Notes: generated by a model not told the origin, from the sequence alone. Counted from the stretch's first letter, positions 1 through 9,036 are shown. The stretch: 64,000 nt of DNA from Candidatus Methylomirabilota bacterium (GCA_046727415.1 JBKPCO010000020.1:659-64658); one strand, 5' to 3'. Program-made: numbers and translations.

Positions 1-124
1 CCACGACCAGCAGAGGCGCGACGACCTCCGGGCGCGTGCTCCAGACGCTGGAGGTCATCGCAGTGAAGGACCAGACGTCGCCGGGCGGGGCGGCTCCGAT
101 CGGCGGCACGGCTCCGTGGGCCAC
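1..124 (-). CDS. partial ORF, N-terminal ~41 codons, continues past window edge; function unknown
   Basis: Minus-strand frame is open from GTG at 124 to position 1 (VAHGAVPPIGAAPPGDVWSFTAMTSSVWSTRPEVVAPLLVV...). It is absent from the ORF track because it is truncated. No family assignable. Confidence 0.2.
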   Translation of the reverse strand, partial: MAHGAVPPIGAAPPGDVWSFTAMTSSVWSTRPEVVAPLLVV

Positions 125-129
125 GGCAG

Positions 130-222
130 CTACTTCCGGGCGGCGAGGAATGCCACCCAGACGAAGAAGGCCACGGTGCCCACGAGGAACGTCGCGAACG
201 CGATCTTCTCGACGGTGCTCAC
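130..222 (-). CDS. tiny hydrophobic ORF (30 aa, one predicted TM helix)
   Basis: GTG at 222, TAG at 130-132. VSTVEKIAFATFLVGTVAFFVWVAFLAARK. Starts 1 nt after the previous tiny ORF. No clear RBS. Confidence 0.25.
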   Translation of the reverse strand: MSTVEKIAFATFLVGTVAFFVWVAFLAARK

Positions 223-223
223 G

Positions 224-328
224 CTACGTGATGCCCAGAAGATCGGCGACCAGGTTGAAGAGGACGCCGAGCACGAGTGCGAGCAGATTGAGCAGCGCCA
301 GCGGAATCAAGATGCGTTCGGCGCGCAT
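224..328 (-). CDS. tiny hydrophobic ORF (34 aa, one predicted TM helix) at the end of the cbb3 operon
   Basis: ATG at 328 with AAGGAG 5 nt upstream, overlapping the TAA of the preceding ORF. MRAERILIPLALLNLLALVLGVLFNLVADLLGIT. Below the ORF-track size cutoff. Confidence 0.4.
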   Translation of the reverse strand: MRAERILIPLALLNLLALVLGVLFNLVADLLGIT

Positions 329-337
329 GCGCACTCC

Positions 338-532
338 TTACTGCGAAGCGCCCAGGCCGGGCCCGAGCCCTCCCCAGTACTTGATCAGGTAGTAGATTCC
401 CCAGACGGCGAGGATCGCGTAGACGACCAGGAGCCACCTGTTGACGATGCCGTGATAGCTGCGAATCTCGCCCTGCGCGTATTCCTCGACCTCGCCGTAT
501 CGTGGATGACGCTCAGGCTTCGGATCGCTCAC
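338..532 (-). CDS. small membrane protein resembling the N-terminal anchor domain of CcoP (FixP_N-like)
   Basis: 64 aa. HGIVNRWLLVVYAILAVWGIYYLIKYWGG resembles the conserved W-rich TM anchor at the start of CcoP. Lies in the cbb3 operon and overlaps the ccoS-like ORF by 20 nt. Confidence 0.5.
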   Translation of the reverse strand: MSDPKPERHPRYGEVEEYAQGEIRSYHGIVNRWLLVVYAILAVWGIYYLIKYWGGLGPGLGASQ

Positions 533-704
533 GTCCAGCCTCCGGCTGTTCGGCTGTCAATCCCTCGGCGCGAAGCACCTGGTGCTTGATCGATTCGCCG
601 CCTCGGAAGGCGCCTGTCGTCGCCCCCCACAGGAACGCACACAGGGCCGCCAGCCCCATCGACAGCGCGACCACGAATTCGCCGAGGGTGAGATGCTCGA
701 TCAC
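513..704 (-). CDS. ccoS: cbb3 oxidase maturation protein CcoS/FixS-like
   Basis: 63 aa, single TM. LAALCAFLWGATTGAFRGGESIKHQVL matches the CcoS pattern (FFW..KSGQFDDLEG...RIL). Its ATG overlaps the ccoO stop (ATGA). Confidence 0.55.
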   Translation of the reverse strand: MIEHLTLGEFVVALSMGLAALCAFLWGATTGAFRGGESIKHQVLRAEGLTAEQPEAGRERSEA

Positions 705-2359
705 TCGCGGATTCCCCCGCGATAGACGCGGGGCTTGCTAGGTTTCTCCGCGCTCTCGACCGCCAGGCGCCCGCGCCGCGCGGGATCGAGCGCCGTTTCC
801 GGGCGATCCGCGGACGTCTCCGGCGCGTCGAGCGCCGCGCGCACCTCGGCCGGCACGTCGAGCGGCCGGCCCGTGAGCGGGTCGCGCCAAGCGGAGAGCG
901 ACAGGATGTAGTAGGTGATGGCCCAGCGCTCCTCATCGCTCAGCGCGTCGCCGAACGAGGGCATGGGCGTTCCGTCGAGCCCCAGGGTCATCGCGCGGTA
1001 GACGTCGCGCGCCGTCGAGCCGCCCTTGAGCTGGCCCCGGGTAAAGTCCGTCGGTCTGATCGGAAACTTGAGGTCGTCGGTCAGGTCGGCCGCCGACTCG
1101 CCATCGCCCTTGCCTTCCTGGCCGTGGCACTGGAAGCACTTGGCCGACTGATAGAGCGTCTTGCCCTGCTTCACCAGCGCTGCGGTGGCCTTCGGGGGGG
1201 CGCCGATCTCCACCGGCGGCTCGGGCTTCTCATCCTTCCAGCGGCTCGAGAAGGTCTTGATGAACGTGACGACGGCGAGCCGCTCTTCGGCCGGAAGCTC
1301 ATGCCATGTGGGCATGGCGGTCCAGCGCACGCCCCGCGTTACCGTGCGAAAGAGGTCGCTGTCGGTCGGCAGCGATCCCGACTGTGTCGTCCGGAACTTG
1401 AAGACGCCCAGCGTGAAGTCGCGAGGGCGCGGCGAGAGAAATGTCGCCGCGGGACCGTTGCCGTCGCCCTTGGGACCGTGGCACCCGACGCAGCGCGTCT
1501 TGTAGACGAAGCGACCGCGCGCCGTCAGATCTTCCGTCGGCGCCGTGGGGGCGGCCGGAACGTTCATCTGAGGCTCGAACACCTCGCGCCAGGCGCCGCG
1601 GTCGGTCCCGAGCTTCTGGATGTACGCAACGAGCCCGATCATGTCCCGGGTCGGGATGATCAGGGTCACCGCGTTCAGCGCGGGCGGCTCGGAGCCGAAT
1701 GCCTTGAAGTCGAGGGCCGGCGTGCCGTCGAAGGGCCAGCGACCCTCCGGCGGCGGCGACACGAACGTGAGGCCCGCGGCGTTCGGGTAAAGCGGGATCA
1801 GCGTGCCGGCCTTCATCGTGAAGAACACGCGGAGCACATGCGCCGGCGGCAGCGCTAGGCCGGCGTCGGTCTTCACGAGCGGCAGGCGAACCTGCGAATA
1901 GAGCCACTTGAAGCCAGGCATGACGGAATCGGGCACCACCAGGCGCGGATCCCAGTGGTGGGCGTAGTGCCAGTCGTCGCCGTACTTGAGCCCGACGCGC
2001 GCCAGGTCGGGTCCGATGCGCCGGGTCGAGAGCAGATGCGGCAGATCGAATGCGTACTCTCCCGCCTCGGAGACCGGCCCCCAGCGCCGGTCTTCACCAG
2101 TCACGGGGCGCACGTACTGGCTGTGGCAGTACCAGCATCCTTCGCGGATGTAGACGGAGCGGCCGCGACGCTCGAGCGCCGTGTAATCCGACGCGTCGTA
2201 TCTGAACCATTTCACGTCGCCCAGATCGGTCCGCACGGCCCGAGTCACGCGGGCCGTCCGTGACTCCGCGATCATCATGGGCAGGAAGCCCTGGACGAAC
2301 ATCGCGACCGTCACGAAGAAGAAGCCTGCGCCAACGGCAACCGAGCCGATCGACTTCAT
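701..2359 (-). CDS. ccoO: cbb3-type cytochrome c oxidase subunit II (CcoO) fused to a C-terminal dihaem cytochrome c (CcoP-like); 552 aa, three CxxCH sites
   Basis: Real start is MKSIGSVAVGAGFFF at 2359 (ATGA overlap with the ccoN stop). CcoO hallmarks are YIREGCWYCHSQYVRP and RIGPDLARVG. Then CVGCHGPKGDGNG and CFQCHGQEGKGDG. The upstream 438 aa of the 991-aa track ORF is an out-of-frame shadow over ccoN. Confidence 0.85.
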   Translation of the reverse strand: MKSIGSVAVGAGFFFVTVAMFVQGFLPMMIAESRTARVTRAVRTDLGDVKWFRYDASDYTALERRGRSVYIREGCWYCHSQYVRPVTGEDRRWGPVSEAGEYAFDLPHLLSTRRIGPDLARVGLKYGDDWHYAHHWDPRLVVPDSVMPGFKWLYSQVRLPLVKTDAGLALPPAHVLRVFFTMKAGTLIPLYPNAAGLTFVSPPPEGRWPFDGTPALDFKAFGSEPPALNAVTLIIPTRDMIGLVAYIQKLGTDRGAWREVFEPQMNVPAAPTAPTEDLTARGRFVYKTRCVGCHGPKGDGNGPAATFLSPRPRDFTLGVFKFRTTQSGSLPTDSDLFRTVTRGVRWTAMPTWHELPAEERLAVVTFIKTFSSRWKDEKPEPPVEIGAPPKATAALVKQGKTLYQSAKCFQCHGQEGKGDGESAADLTDDLKFPIRPTDFTRGQLKGGSTARDVYRAMTLGLDGTPMPSFGDALSDEERWAITYYILSLSAWRDPLTGRPLDVPAEVRAALDAPETSADRPETALDPARRGRLAVESAEKPSKPRVYRGGIRE

Positions 2360-3747
2360 CCAGCCGCACCCGTCGCCGCGCCGGCCTGCAGCGACGTCTT
2401 CATCAGGGTGTAGATGACGAGCGAGATGCCGATGTCCATCGCGATACCCGTGAACGTCCGCACCCACCAGTACGGGCGCATCACGTTGACTGAATGGACC
2501 CACTCGGCACCGGCCATCAGCATGAAGCCCTGGTGTAACCCCTGCACCACGAGCAGGAAGCCCATCGACGAGATGCCCAGCGTCATGAGCCAGAAGCCCC
2601 AGTTGCCGACGCGGAAGCTCCAAAGCGGCTCGTCGCGGGCGAGCCGGGGCCACACGTAGATCGCGCCGGCCACCGCCCACATGATGAAGGTGCCGAAGAT
2701 GGTGAGGTGAGAGTGGGCGATGACGAAATCGGTAAAGTGAGTCGGCTGCTGCACCGACCGCAAGGCCGAGATCGAACCCTGGAAGCAGCCGATCAGGTAC
2801 ATGAGCGAGCCCACGACGAGGAACTTCGCGGGCAGGTTCCGGCCGAGCTCCCGCCAGCGGCCCGTCACGGTTCCGAAGAAGTTCTGGAGCACCGTCCAGA
2901 CCGGGATGATCAGCATCATCGACGACACGATGGCGATCGTCTCGGCCCAGTCGGCGATGGGCGAGTAGAGATAGTGATGGATGCCCACGAACGGGTAGAA
3001 GAAGGCGAGCGACCAGAACCCGATCAGCGAGAGCTTGTGGCTGTAAATGGGGTTCCGCACGCTGGCCGGCAGGAAGTAATAGATGAGGACGTAGCCCGCC
3101 GGCGTGATCCAGAGCCCGACGACGTAGTGGATGTAGAGCCCGTGCCACGCGGCGTTGTTGATGCCGGGAATGTGGTAGGGGCCGAGCAGCAGCAAGATCA
3201 GGTTCACGTCGGTCCACACGAAGGCCGCGATGAGATACCAGAGCGAGACGTAGAGCTCGGTCTGTCGCCGGTTGCGAATCGTCATCAGGAGCTGCGTTGT
3301 GAGGAAAGCGAGCCCGAGCAGGATCACGACCACGTTGACGCGCGGCAGCTCGCCCGCCTCCCAGCCCCGGTTGTGCCCGAGGGCCAGGAACGCGACCGAC
3401 GCCGCCAGGTTCAGGTTCCAGATCCAGAGGAGCAGGTAGCTCCAGCGCTCGCCCCAGAGACGCACGCCCGTGAGCCGCGGGACGATGTAGAAGCACAGTC
3501 CGATGAAGATCGTGGAGAAGGCGCCCCAGATCACCCCGTTGACATGAATCGGCCGGAGCCGGCCGAACGTAAGCCATGCAGTATCGCCGAGGAACTCCGG
3601 ATAGGTGAACTTGGTCGAGACCAGGGCGCCGATTGTCGGGAAGAACAGGAGCCAGCCCAGTCCCGAGGCCAGCCACTTCCGGATCAGGTCGGCGTTGATC
3701 AGCTCGTCGTTCTTCGCGGACGCCTGACTCGCGGCGTCGGTGGCCAT
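2356..3747 (-). CDS. ccoN: cbb3-type cytochrome c oxidase subunit I (CcoN)
   Basis: Polytopic haem-copper oxidase sequence (RPIHVNGVIWGAFS, HYLYSP, IAHSHLTIFGTF). Start chosen at MATDAASQ (M55 of the track ORF). Confidence 0.9.
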   Translation of the reverse strand: MATDAASQASAKNDELINADLIRKWLASGLGWLLFFPTIGALVSTKFTYPEFLGDTAWLTFGRLRPIHVNGVIWGAFSTIFIGLCFYIVPRLTGVRLWGERWSYLLLWIWNLNLAASVAFLALGHNRGWEAGELPRVNVVVILLGLAFLTTQLLMTIRNRRQTELYVSLWYLIAAFVWTDVNLILLLLGPYHIPGINNAAWHGLYIHYVVGLWITPAGYVLIYYFLPASVRNPIYSHKLSLIGFWSLAFFYPFVGIHHYLYSPIADWAETIAIVSSMMLIIPVWTVLQNFFGTVTGRWRELGRNLPAKFLVVGSLMYLIGCFQGSISALRSVQQPTHFTDFVIAHSHLTIFGTFIMWAVAGAIYVWPRLARDEPLWSFRVGNWGFWLMTLGISSMGFLLVVQGLHQGFMLMAGAEWVHSVNVMRPYWWVRTFTGIAMDIGISLVIYTLMKTSLQAGAATGAAG

Positions 3748-3953
3748 TCGTCTGCGTCTCCCTGAGCGAGGATAGCGCGGCTCCACCGCGCAGCCGTCAT
3801 TCGTCGTGCGCCCGGCTGCCCGAATTGTCGTCCACTCGCGCCGTCCGATAGAATCGGCCAGCCCGGAGGCTGCGTGAAGGACGTCTTCAGCGCCTGAGCG
3901 AGGGGCCACCCTCGCCGCGGCGTTGTGGCAGAATCCCGGAACAGGAGGGCCCC

Positions 3954-4931
3954 ATGGCGGTCCAGACGACGCGGACGGTCGAGGAGCTGGAAGCGTACTG
4001 CGCGCGGTTGAGAGCCGCTGGGCTCGATGCTCCGTGGTCGCGACCCGGGCCGCTCATTCCGCCGAAGCCGACGGCGACCCAGCCGCGGCACTGGCGCTGG
4101 CGCGACATCGAGCCGCTGCTGCGCGAGAGCAGCGAGTTTCTGAGCCCGCATCGCGGTGCCGAGCGCCGGGTGCTGCGCCTGCACAACCCCGGCGTCCCGG
4201 AGCGGACCGTCGCTCACAGCCTCGTCCTGGCCATCCAGTACCTGCTGCCCGGCGAGGTCGCGCCGGCGCACCGCCATTCGCCGACGGCGATCCGGTTCAT
4301 GCTCCACGGCGAGGGCGCCTTCACGACGGTCGACGGACAGAAGTGCGCGATGAAGCCCGGCGACCTCGTGCTCACGCCGGGCATGGCCTGGCACGACCAC
4401 GGCAACGAAGGCGGGGCGCCCGTCTACTGGATGGACATCCTCGACTGGCAGATCGTCCGCTTTCTCGAGAACCTGACGTTCGAGCCGTATCCCGACGACC
4501 AGCAGCCGGCGCTCCGGAGCCCCGGACGCGACATCTACTTCCCGTGGACCGACGCCTACGCCGCGCTGCAGAAGCGCGCGCAGGGTGAGCCCGATCCATA
4601 CGACGACGTCCTGGTCGAGTACGTCGATCCGACCACCGGCTCGTCGCTGCGCCCGACCGTGTCCTGCTACCTGCAGATGCTGCGGCCGGGCGTGCGCACG
4701 CGCGCCCATCGAGAGACCAGCTGCGCGGTCTATCGCGTGGTGCAGGGGCGCGGCACGACGACCGTCGACGACCAGACCTTCGCGTGGGAGCCGGGCGACT
4801 TCTTCGTGGTCCCGCCGCGTGCCCGGCACGCGCATTCGAACGCCGGGAGCGAGCCGGCCGTCCTCTTCACCGCGCAGGACGTGCCGATGCTCAAGCTGCT
4901 GCGCCTTTATCGCATGGAGCCGGCCGACTGA
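3954..4931 (+). CDS. bicupin dioxygenase, gentisate 1,2-dioxygenase-like
   Basis: 325 aa. Cupin metal motif PGEVAPAHRHSPTAIRFMLHGEG...GDLVLTPGMAWHDHGN, plus a second cupin half (DFFVVPPRARHAHSN). Confidence 0.8.
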   Translation: MAVQTTRTVEELEAYCARLRAAGLDAPWSRPGPLIPPKPTATQPRHWRWRDIEPLLRESSEFLSPHRGAERRVLRLHNPGVPERTVAHSLVLAIQYLLPGEVAPAHRHSPTAIRFMLHGEGAFTTVDGQKCAMKPGDLVLTPGMAWHDHGNEGGAPVYWMDILDWQIVRFLENLTFEPYPDDQQPALRSPGRDIYFPWTDAYAALQKRAQGEPDPYDDVLVEYVDPTTGSSLRPTVSCYLQMLRPGVRTRAHRETSCAVYRVVQGRGTTTVDDQTFAWEPGDFFVVPPRARHAHSNAGSEPAVLFTAQDVPMLKLLRLYRMEPAD

Positions 4932-4982
4932 AACGCTGAGCGAACGGGAGAGCTGGAGCAGGGAGCCCAGGGAGGACCGCCG

Positions 4983-6209
4983 ATGGCACGCGCCGGGTAC
5001 CGCATCTTCGACGCCGACACTCACATCATCGAAGCCGCAGAACCCATCGAGGCCTACCTGTCGGCCGCCGACAAGGCGCGGCTGACGGCTCTCGGCCCGC
5101 TGATCGGACGCGCCGCCGGCAAGGCTGGCGTCTCCCGCTATCGCGTCGGCAAACGGCCGGAGCTCAATCGGTTGCTCGGCTCGCGCGACCGCGTGCCACC
5201 CGGTGACGCGATCTCCCGCGGATTGAAGGACGGCGGCACGCCCTGGGACGTTCGCTGGCAGGGACCACCCTTCCCCGACGATCGGGTGAACTTCGACCCG
5301 CACGCCCGCGTGAAAGACATGGACATCGAGGGCGTCGACGTGAACATGGTCCTGCCGTCTGGCGGGCTCGCGGCCTTCAGTGGGCTGGACGACGTCGGTG
5401 TCGAGATGATGATGTACGGCGCGTATCATCGCTTCCTCAAGGACTACTGCGCGCCCTATCCGGACCGGCTCACCAGCGTGCTCCACGTCACGGTCCGCGA
5501 CGTTCCCGGATCGGTCGCCGAGATCCGCCGCTGCGGGAAGGAATCGTGGCCGGTCGGCGTCTTCCCGGTCTGCCCGCCCGGGATGACGCTCGACGATCCG
5601 GAATGGAATCCGATCTGGGCGGCGGCGCAGGAGCACGACCTGACCGTGGTGATCCACTCGTTCACCATGTCGATCCCGTACCCGCCGGGCATGTGGGACA
5701 ACTGGGACAACATGTTCCTGGTCCGTTCCGCCAGCCACGTGTGGAATGCGCAGCGCAACATGGCGGCGCTGATCGGCTCCGGCGTGCTCGACCGCTACCC
5801 GGAGCTGCGCCTCACGTCGCTCGAGTGCGGCCACGGCTGGCTCGCGTTCTGGGCGTCGCGCCTGGACGAGCAGGCCGAGATGAGCCAGCACGCGCTGCCG
5901 CGGCTCAAGAAGAAGCCGAGTGAGTACATTCGCGGGCCGCAGTACTTCCAGTCGATCCAGCTCCACGAGGGCGAGCTGTCGCTGCGCCAGGCCATCGAGG
6001 CCATCGGCGAAGACACGCTGATGTTTGCGACGGACTATCCGCACTCCGAGAGCTGGTTCCCGAAGTCCGTCGACGCGGTGCTGAAGTGGACCACAATTCC
6101 CGAGAGCGCCCGGCGCAAGCTCCTCTGGGAGAACGCGGTGCGCTGCTACCGGCGCTACAGCGGCTACACCTCCGCGGTCGTCGAGCCCGTGGCCGCCGCG
6201 GCCCGGTGA
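4983..6209 (+). CDS. amidohydrolase-2 family protein (ACMSD-type metal-dependent decarboxylase/hydrolase)
   Basis: 408 aa. N-terminal IFDADTHIIE and C-terminal MFATDYPHSESWFP are typical of the PF04909-type family. Confidence 0.8.
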   Translation: MARAGYRIFDADTHIIEAAEPIEAYLSAADKARLTALGPLIGRAAGKAGVSRYRVGKRPELNRLLGSRDRVPPGDAISRGLKDGGTPWDVRWQGPPFPDDRVNFDPHARVKDMDIEGVDVNMVLPSGGLAAFSGLDDVGVEMMMYGAYHRFLKDYCAPYPDRLTSVLHVTVRDVPGSVAEIRRCGKESWPVGVFPVCPPGMTLDDPEWNPIWAAAQEHDLTVVIHSFTMSIPYPPGMWDNWDNMFLVRSASHVWNAQRNMAALIGSGVLDRYPELRLTSLECGHGWLAFWASRLDEQAEMSQHALPRLKKKPSEYIRGPQYFQSIQLHEGELSLRQAIEAIGEDTLMFATDYPHSESWFPKSVDAVLKWTTIPESARRKLLWENAVRCYRRYSGYTSAVVEPVAAAAR

Positions 6210-6213
6210 CGGC

Positions 6214-7179
6214 GTGGCGAGACTGAATCTCACTCTCGCGTGCGGCGACTACGACCGCACGCGAGCGATCCGCACGGGCGAGGTGCAGCCCGACGGGGTC
6301 GAGCTGAACGTGGTCACGCTCGCCCCGGAAGAGATGTTCTATCGCATGGCGCGCTTCCGCGAGTTCGACGTCTCGGAGCTCTCGCTCTCGACCTACACGG
6401 TGCTTCGCGGCCGCGGCGAGCCGCTCGTGGCGATCCCGGTCTTTCCGTCGTTCAGCTTTCGCCACTCGTCGATATTTGTCGGCACGCACGCCGGGATCAA
6501 GGCGCCCAAGGACCTGGTCGGCAAGCGCGTCGGCGTCCCCAAGTACCACATGACGGCGGCGGTGTGGATCCGCGGCATGCTGGAGGACGAGTACGGCGTC
6601 GCGCCCCGGGACATGATCTGGTTCGAAGGCGGCGAGGGATCGAAGGTCAAGGAAGTGGACGTGACGCTCCCGCCCGACGTGCGGCATCAGCTGGTGCCCG
6701 ACGGCCGGACCCTCGGCGACATGGTGGCGGCGGGCGAGCTCGACGCCTACGTGGGCGCGCGACGGCCGGCGGCGTACGGCGCGAAGGTGACCCGGCTCTT
6801 CCCGGACTTTCGCCAGGCCGAGCGCGCCTATTACGAGAAGACCGGGATCTTTCCCATCATGCACACCCTGGTCCTGAGAGAGGAGCTGGCGCGTGCCCAC
6901 CCGTGGCTGCCGCGGAGCCTGTACGACGCCTTCGTCGAGGCCAAGCGTCTGGCCTACGAGCGCCTGAACTTCACGGCGGCCTTGCCGGTGAGCCTGCCGT
7001 GGCTGGTCGCCGAGGTCGAGGAAACGCGGGCGCTCATGGGCGGCGATCCGTTCCCCTACGGCGTCGCGAAGAATCGCAAGACGCTCGAGACGCTCGCCGG
7101 CTACACGTTCGCGCAGGGCCTCGCGCCCCGCCGGCTCAAGATCGAGGAGATGTTCTGGGAGTCGACCCTGGCGATCTAG
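6214..7179 (+). CDS. NMT1/PhtD-like protein (4,5-dihydroxyphthalate decarboxylase-like / periplasmic-binding fold)
   Basis: 321 aa. LNLTLACGDYDRTRAIRTGEVQPDGVELNVV...FREFDVSELSLSTY matches proteins commonly annotated as 4,5-dihydroxyphthalate decarboxylase. Starts 4 nt after the amidohydrolase. Confidence 0.55.
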   Translation: MARLNLTLACGDYDRTRAIRTGEVQPDGVELNVVTLAPEEMFYRMARFREFDVSELSLSTYTVLRGRGEPLVAIPVFPSFSFRHSSIFVGTHAGIKAPKDLVGKRVGVPKYHMTAAVWIRGMLEDEYGVAPRDMIWFEGGEGSKVKEVDVTLPPDVRHQLVPDGRTLGDMVAAGELDAYVGARRPAAYGAKVTRLFPDFRQAERAYYEKTGIFPIMHTLVLREELARAHPWLPRSLYDAFVEAKRLAYERLNFTAALPVSLPWLVAEVEETRALMGGDPFPYGVAKNRKTLETLAGYTFAQGLAPRRLKIEEMFWESTLAI

Positions 7180-7183
7180 TCGG

Positions 7184-7456
7184 TCAGCGGGATCCGAATC
7201 GGGAAGCCGACCGGGCCTTGGCCCTGGCGGCCTCGGCATCGCGGTTGCGCGGCGGGGCGCTGGTCACGAGCGAGTCGATCAGCTCGCGCGCGGCGTGGGC
7301 CACTTGGTCCACGGCGCGGGTGAACGCGGCCTCGTTGGTCTTCGACGGGCGGGTGAAGCCGCTCAGCTTCCGGACGAACTGCAGCGACGATGCACGGATC
7401 TCCTCGTCGGTGGCCGGCGGCGCGAAGTTATGGAGCGTCTTGATGCTGCGGCACAT
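7184..7456 (-). CDS. DUF2277 domain protein
   Basis: 90 aa. MCRSIKTLHNFAPPATDEEIRASSLQFVRKLSGFTRPSKTNEAAF is the characteristic DUF2277 N-terminus. RBS AGGAGA upstream. Confidence 0.7.
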   Translation of the reverse strand: MCRSIKTLHNFAPPATDEEIRASSLQFVRKLSGFTRPSKTNEAAFTRAVDQVAHAARELIDSLVTSAPPRNRDAEAARAKARSASRFGSR

Positions 7457-7634
7457 GCGGCATTCTCCTGACGTCGGTCAATGCTCGGCGAGCTCGGCCG
7501 GTGCGTATCACGCCCTTGAAACCCAGAACGTCGGCGTAGAACTGCCGATTCTCGTCGAAGCGATCCGGGCCGATGTCGGGCACGACCCGTCGGCGGGCGA
7601 CGAGGGTCCGCTCGGTCGCGGCGGCGCTAGACAT
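7428..7634 (-). pseudogene. truncated VOC/glyoxalase-family fragment (N-terminal beta-alpha unit only)
   Basis: VVPDIGPDRFDENRQFYADVLGFKGV is a typical VOC first module. After ~45 aa similarity stops and the ORF runs into the start of the DUF2277 gene. The start overlaps the ADH stop. Confidence 0.45.
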
Positions 7635-8691
7635 GCAGCACGACCTTCAGGGCGTTGCCGATCCGTTCCGTGTAGGTGCGGAACGCGTCGTGAATCTGAT
7701 CGAGCCGGAAGTGGTGACTGATGATCGGATCGGCCAGGATTTTGCCCTTGCTCATGAGCTCGAGTGAGCGGCCGCAGTTCATCCCACCCTCGCCGCGCGC
7801 GGCGTAGATGCGCACGTTGGAGCGCACGGCCAGGTTCATGTCGACCTCGACCGGACCGTTGTACCAGGCGACCACGCCGATCCGTCCGCCGCGCTTCACG
7901 TTCTCGAGCGCCTCCTGCATCGACGTGGCGCCGCCGGCGCACTCGAGCACGCAGTCGGCGCCCCGTCCGCCGGTGATCTCACGAATCCGTTCGCGCATGT
8001 TCTCGCGGCGGACGTCGATCGTGAAGTCGGCGCCGAGCTGCCGGCCGACGGCGAGCCGGGCCTCGCGGGTGCCGGTGAGGACGACGCGCGCGGCGCCGAG
8101 CGCCTTGCAGAGCTGCACGGCGATGAGCCCGATGGGGCCCGGACCCTGCACCAGCACGGTCTCGCCCGCGACGTAGCCGCCCATGAGGTCGATGGCCCAG
8201 AGGGGTGAGGCCGCCGTGGTCACCATGCACGCCTGCTCGAAGGTCAGGTTCTCAGGCAACCGGTAGAGGGTGTTGATGTGGTTCACCGCATATTCCGCGA
8301 AGCCGCCGTCGCAGGTGAGGCCTTTCGCGCGATGGCCCTTCGCCACGTCGCCGTAGTTCAGGCAGGAGGTATACCAGCCCTTGATGCAGTTCTCGCAGCG
8401 GTCGCAGCCCTTGTGCACCTCGACCGCGACGCGGTCACCCACCCGGAACTCGTCGACGCCGGGCCCGAGCGCGGCGACCGTACCGGCGTACTCGTGCCCC
8501 ATCACGAACTCGCCGGTAGGCTGGCCCTGCAGCGCGCGGTGCAGCACCTTCACGTCGGTGCCGCAGATCGAGGCGACCTCCACCTTCAGCAGCACCTCGC
8601 CCGGGCCCGGCGTCGGGCGGGGCCAGGCCTCGACGTGCATGTCGTCGGCGCCGTGCAGGACGACCGCTTTCATGTTGGCGGACGGCGGCAT
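7627..8691 (-). CDS. zinc-dependent medium-chain alcohol/polyol dehydrogenase
   Basis: EVASICGTDVKVLH, GHEYAG, structural Zn CDRCENCIKGWYTSC, Rossmann VQGPGPIGL. Start at MPPSANMKAVV (GGAGG 5 nt upstream); alternative ATG at 8673. Confidence 0.85.
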   Translation of the reverse strand: MPPSANMKAVVLHGADDMHVEAWPRPTPGPGEVLLKVEVASICGTDVKVLHRALQGQPTGEFVMGHEYAGTVAALGPGVDEFRVGDRVAVEVHKGCDRCENCIKGWYTSCLNYGDVAKGHRAKGLTCDGGFAEYAVNHINTLYRLPENLTFEQACMVTTAASPLWAIDLMGGYVAGETVLVQGPGPIGLIAVQLCKALGAARVVLTGTREARLAVGRQLGADFTIDVRRENMRERIREITGGRGADCVLECAGGATSMQEALENVKRGGRIGVVAWYNGPVEVDMNLAVRSNVRIYAARGEGGMNCGRSLELMSKGKILADPIISHHFRLDQIHDAFRTYTERIGNALKVVLHV

Positions 8692-8730
8692 AGACTCCTC
8701 CCGCCCGCGGCGTACGACGGCGGGCGCTAG

Positions 8731-9036
8731 CTCGTTAGCATAGCAGCCAAGACCACCAAGACCATCTGGCCCGCCGACGGCGCGTTCGGCATTGGCGCTC
8801 CGACCGCCGTCATCAAGGGCGCGCCGCATCCGAACGCGGCGCTGGCCGAGTTCATGATCAGCGACACGGTCCAGAAGCTCCTGCCCGGCGAGGGAATTTA
8901 CGCCGGCCGGTCCGGCGTCGAGCCGCCGGCGGGCAACCCGCCGCTCGGCCAGATCAAGCTGGTGCCGATCGACTACGACCAGATCGAGAAGGACGCGAAG
9001 ATGCTCAAGACCCGCTTCAACGAGATCTACCAGTAG
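8731..9036 (+). pseudogene. C-terminal remnant of an ABC-transporter solute-binding protein (PotD/AfuA-like)
   Basis: The frame is open only from 8731, after a TAG. ...WPADGAFGIGAPTAVIKGAPHPNAALAEFMISDTVQKLL... is the conserved C-terminal third of such SBPs. There is no N-terminal part, signal peptide or partner permease/ATPase. Confidence 0.5.

Noticed and set aside
701-3676. 991-aa ORF as a single giant protein
   Set aside because: Only the last 552 codons (from MKSIGS at 2359) look like a protein (CcoO plus dihaem c). The N-terminal 438 codons are Arg/Pro/Gly-rich and lie out of frame over the clearly genuine ccoN.
3699-7239. Long minus-strand ORFs 3699-6233 (844 aa) and 5905-7239 (444 aa)
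   Set aside because: These are antisense shadows of the cupin, amidohydrolase and PhtD-like genes. Composition is dominated by R/A/G/P/E with no recognisable motifs, as expected in high-GC DNA.
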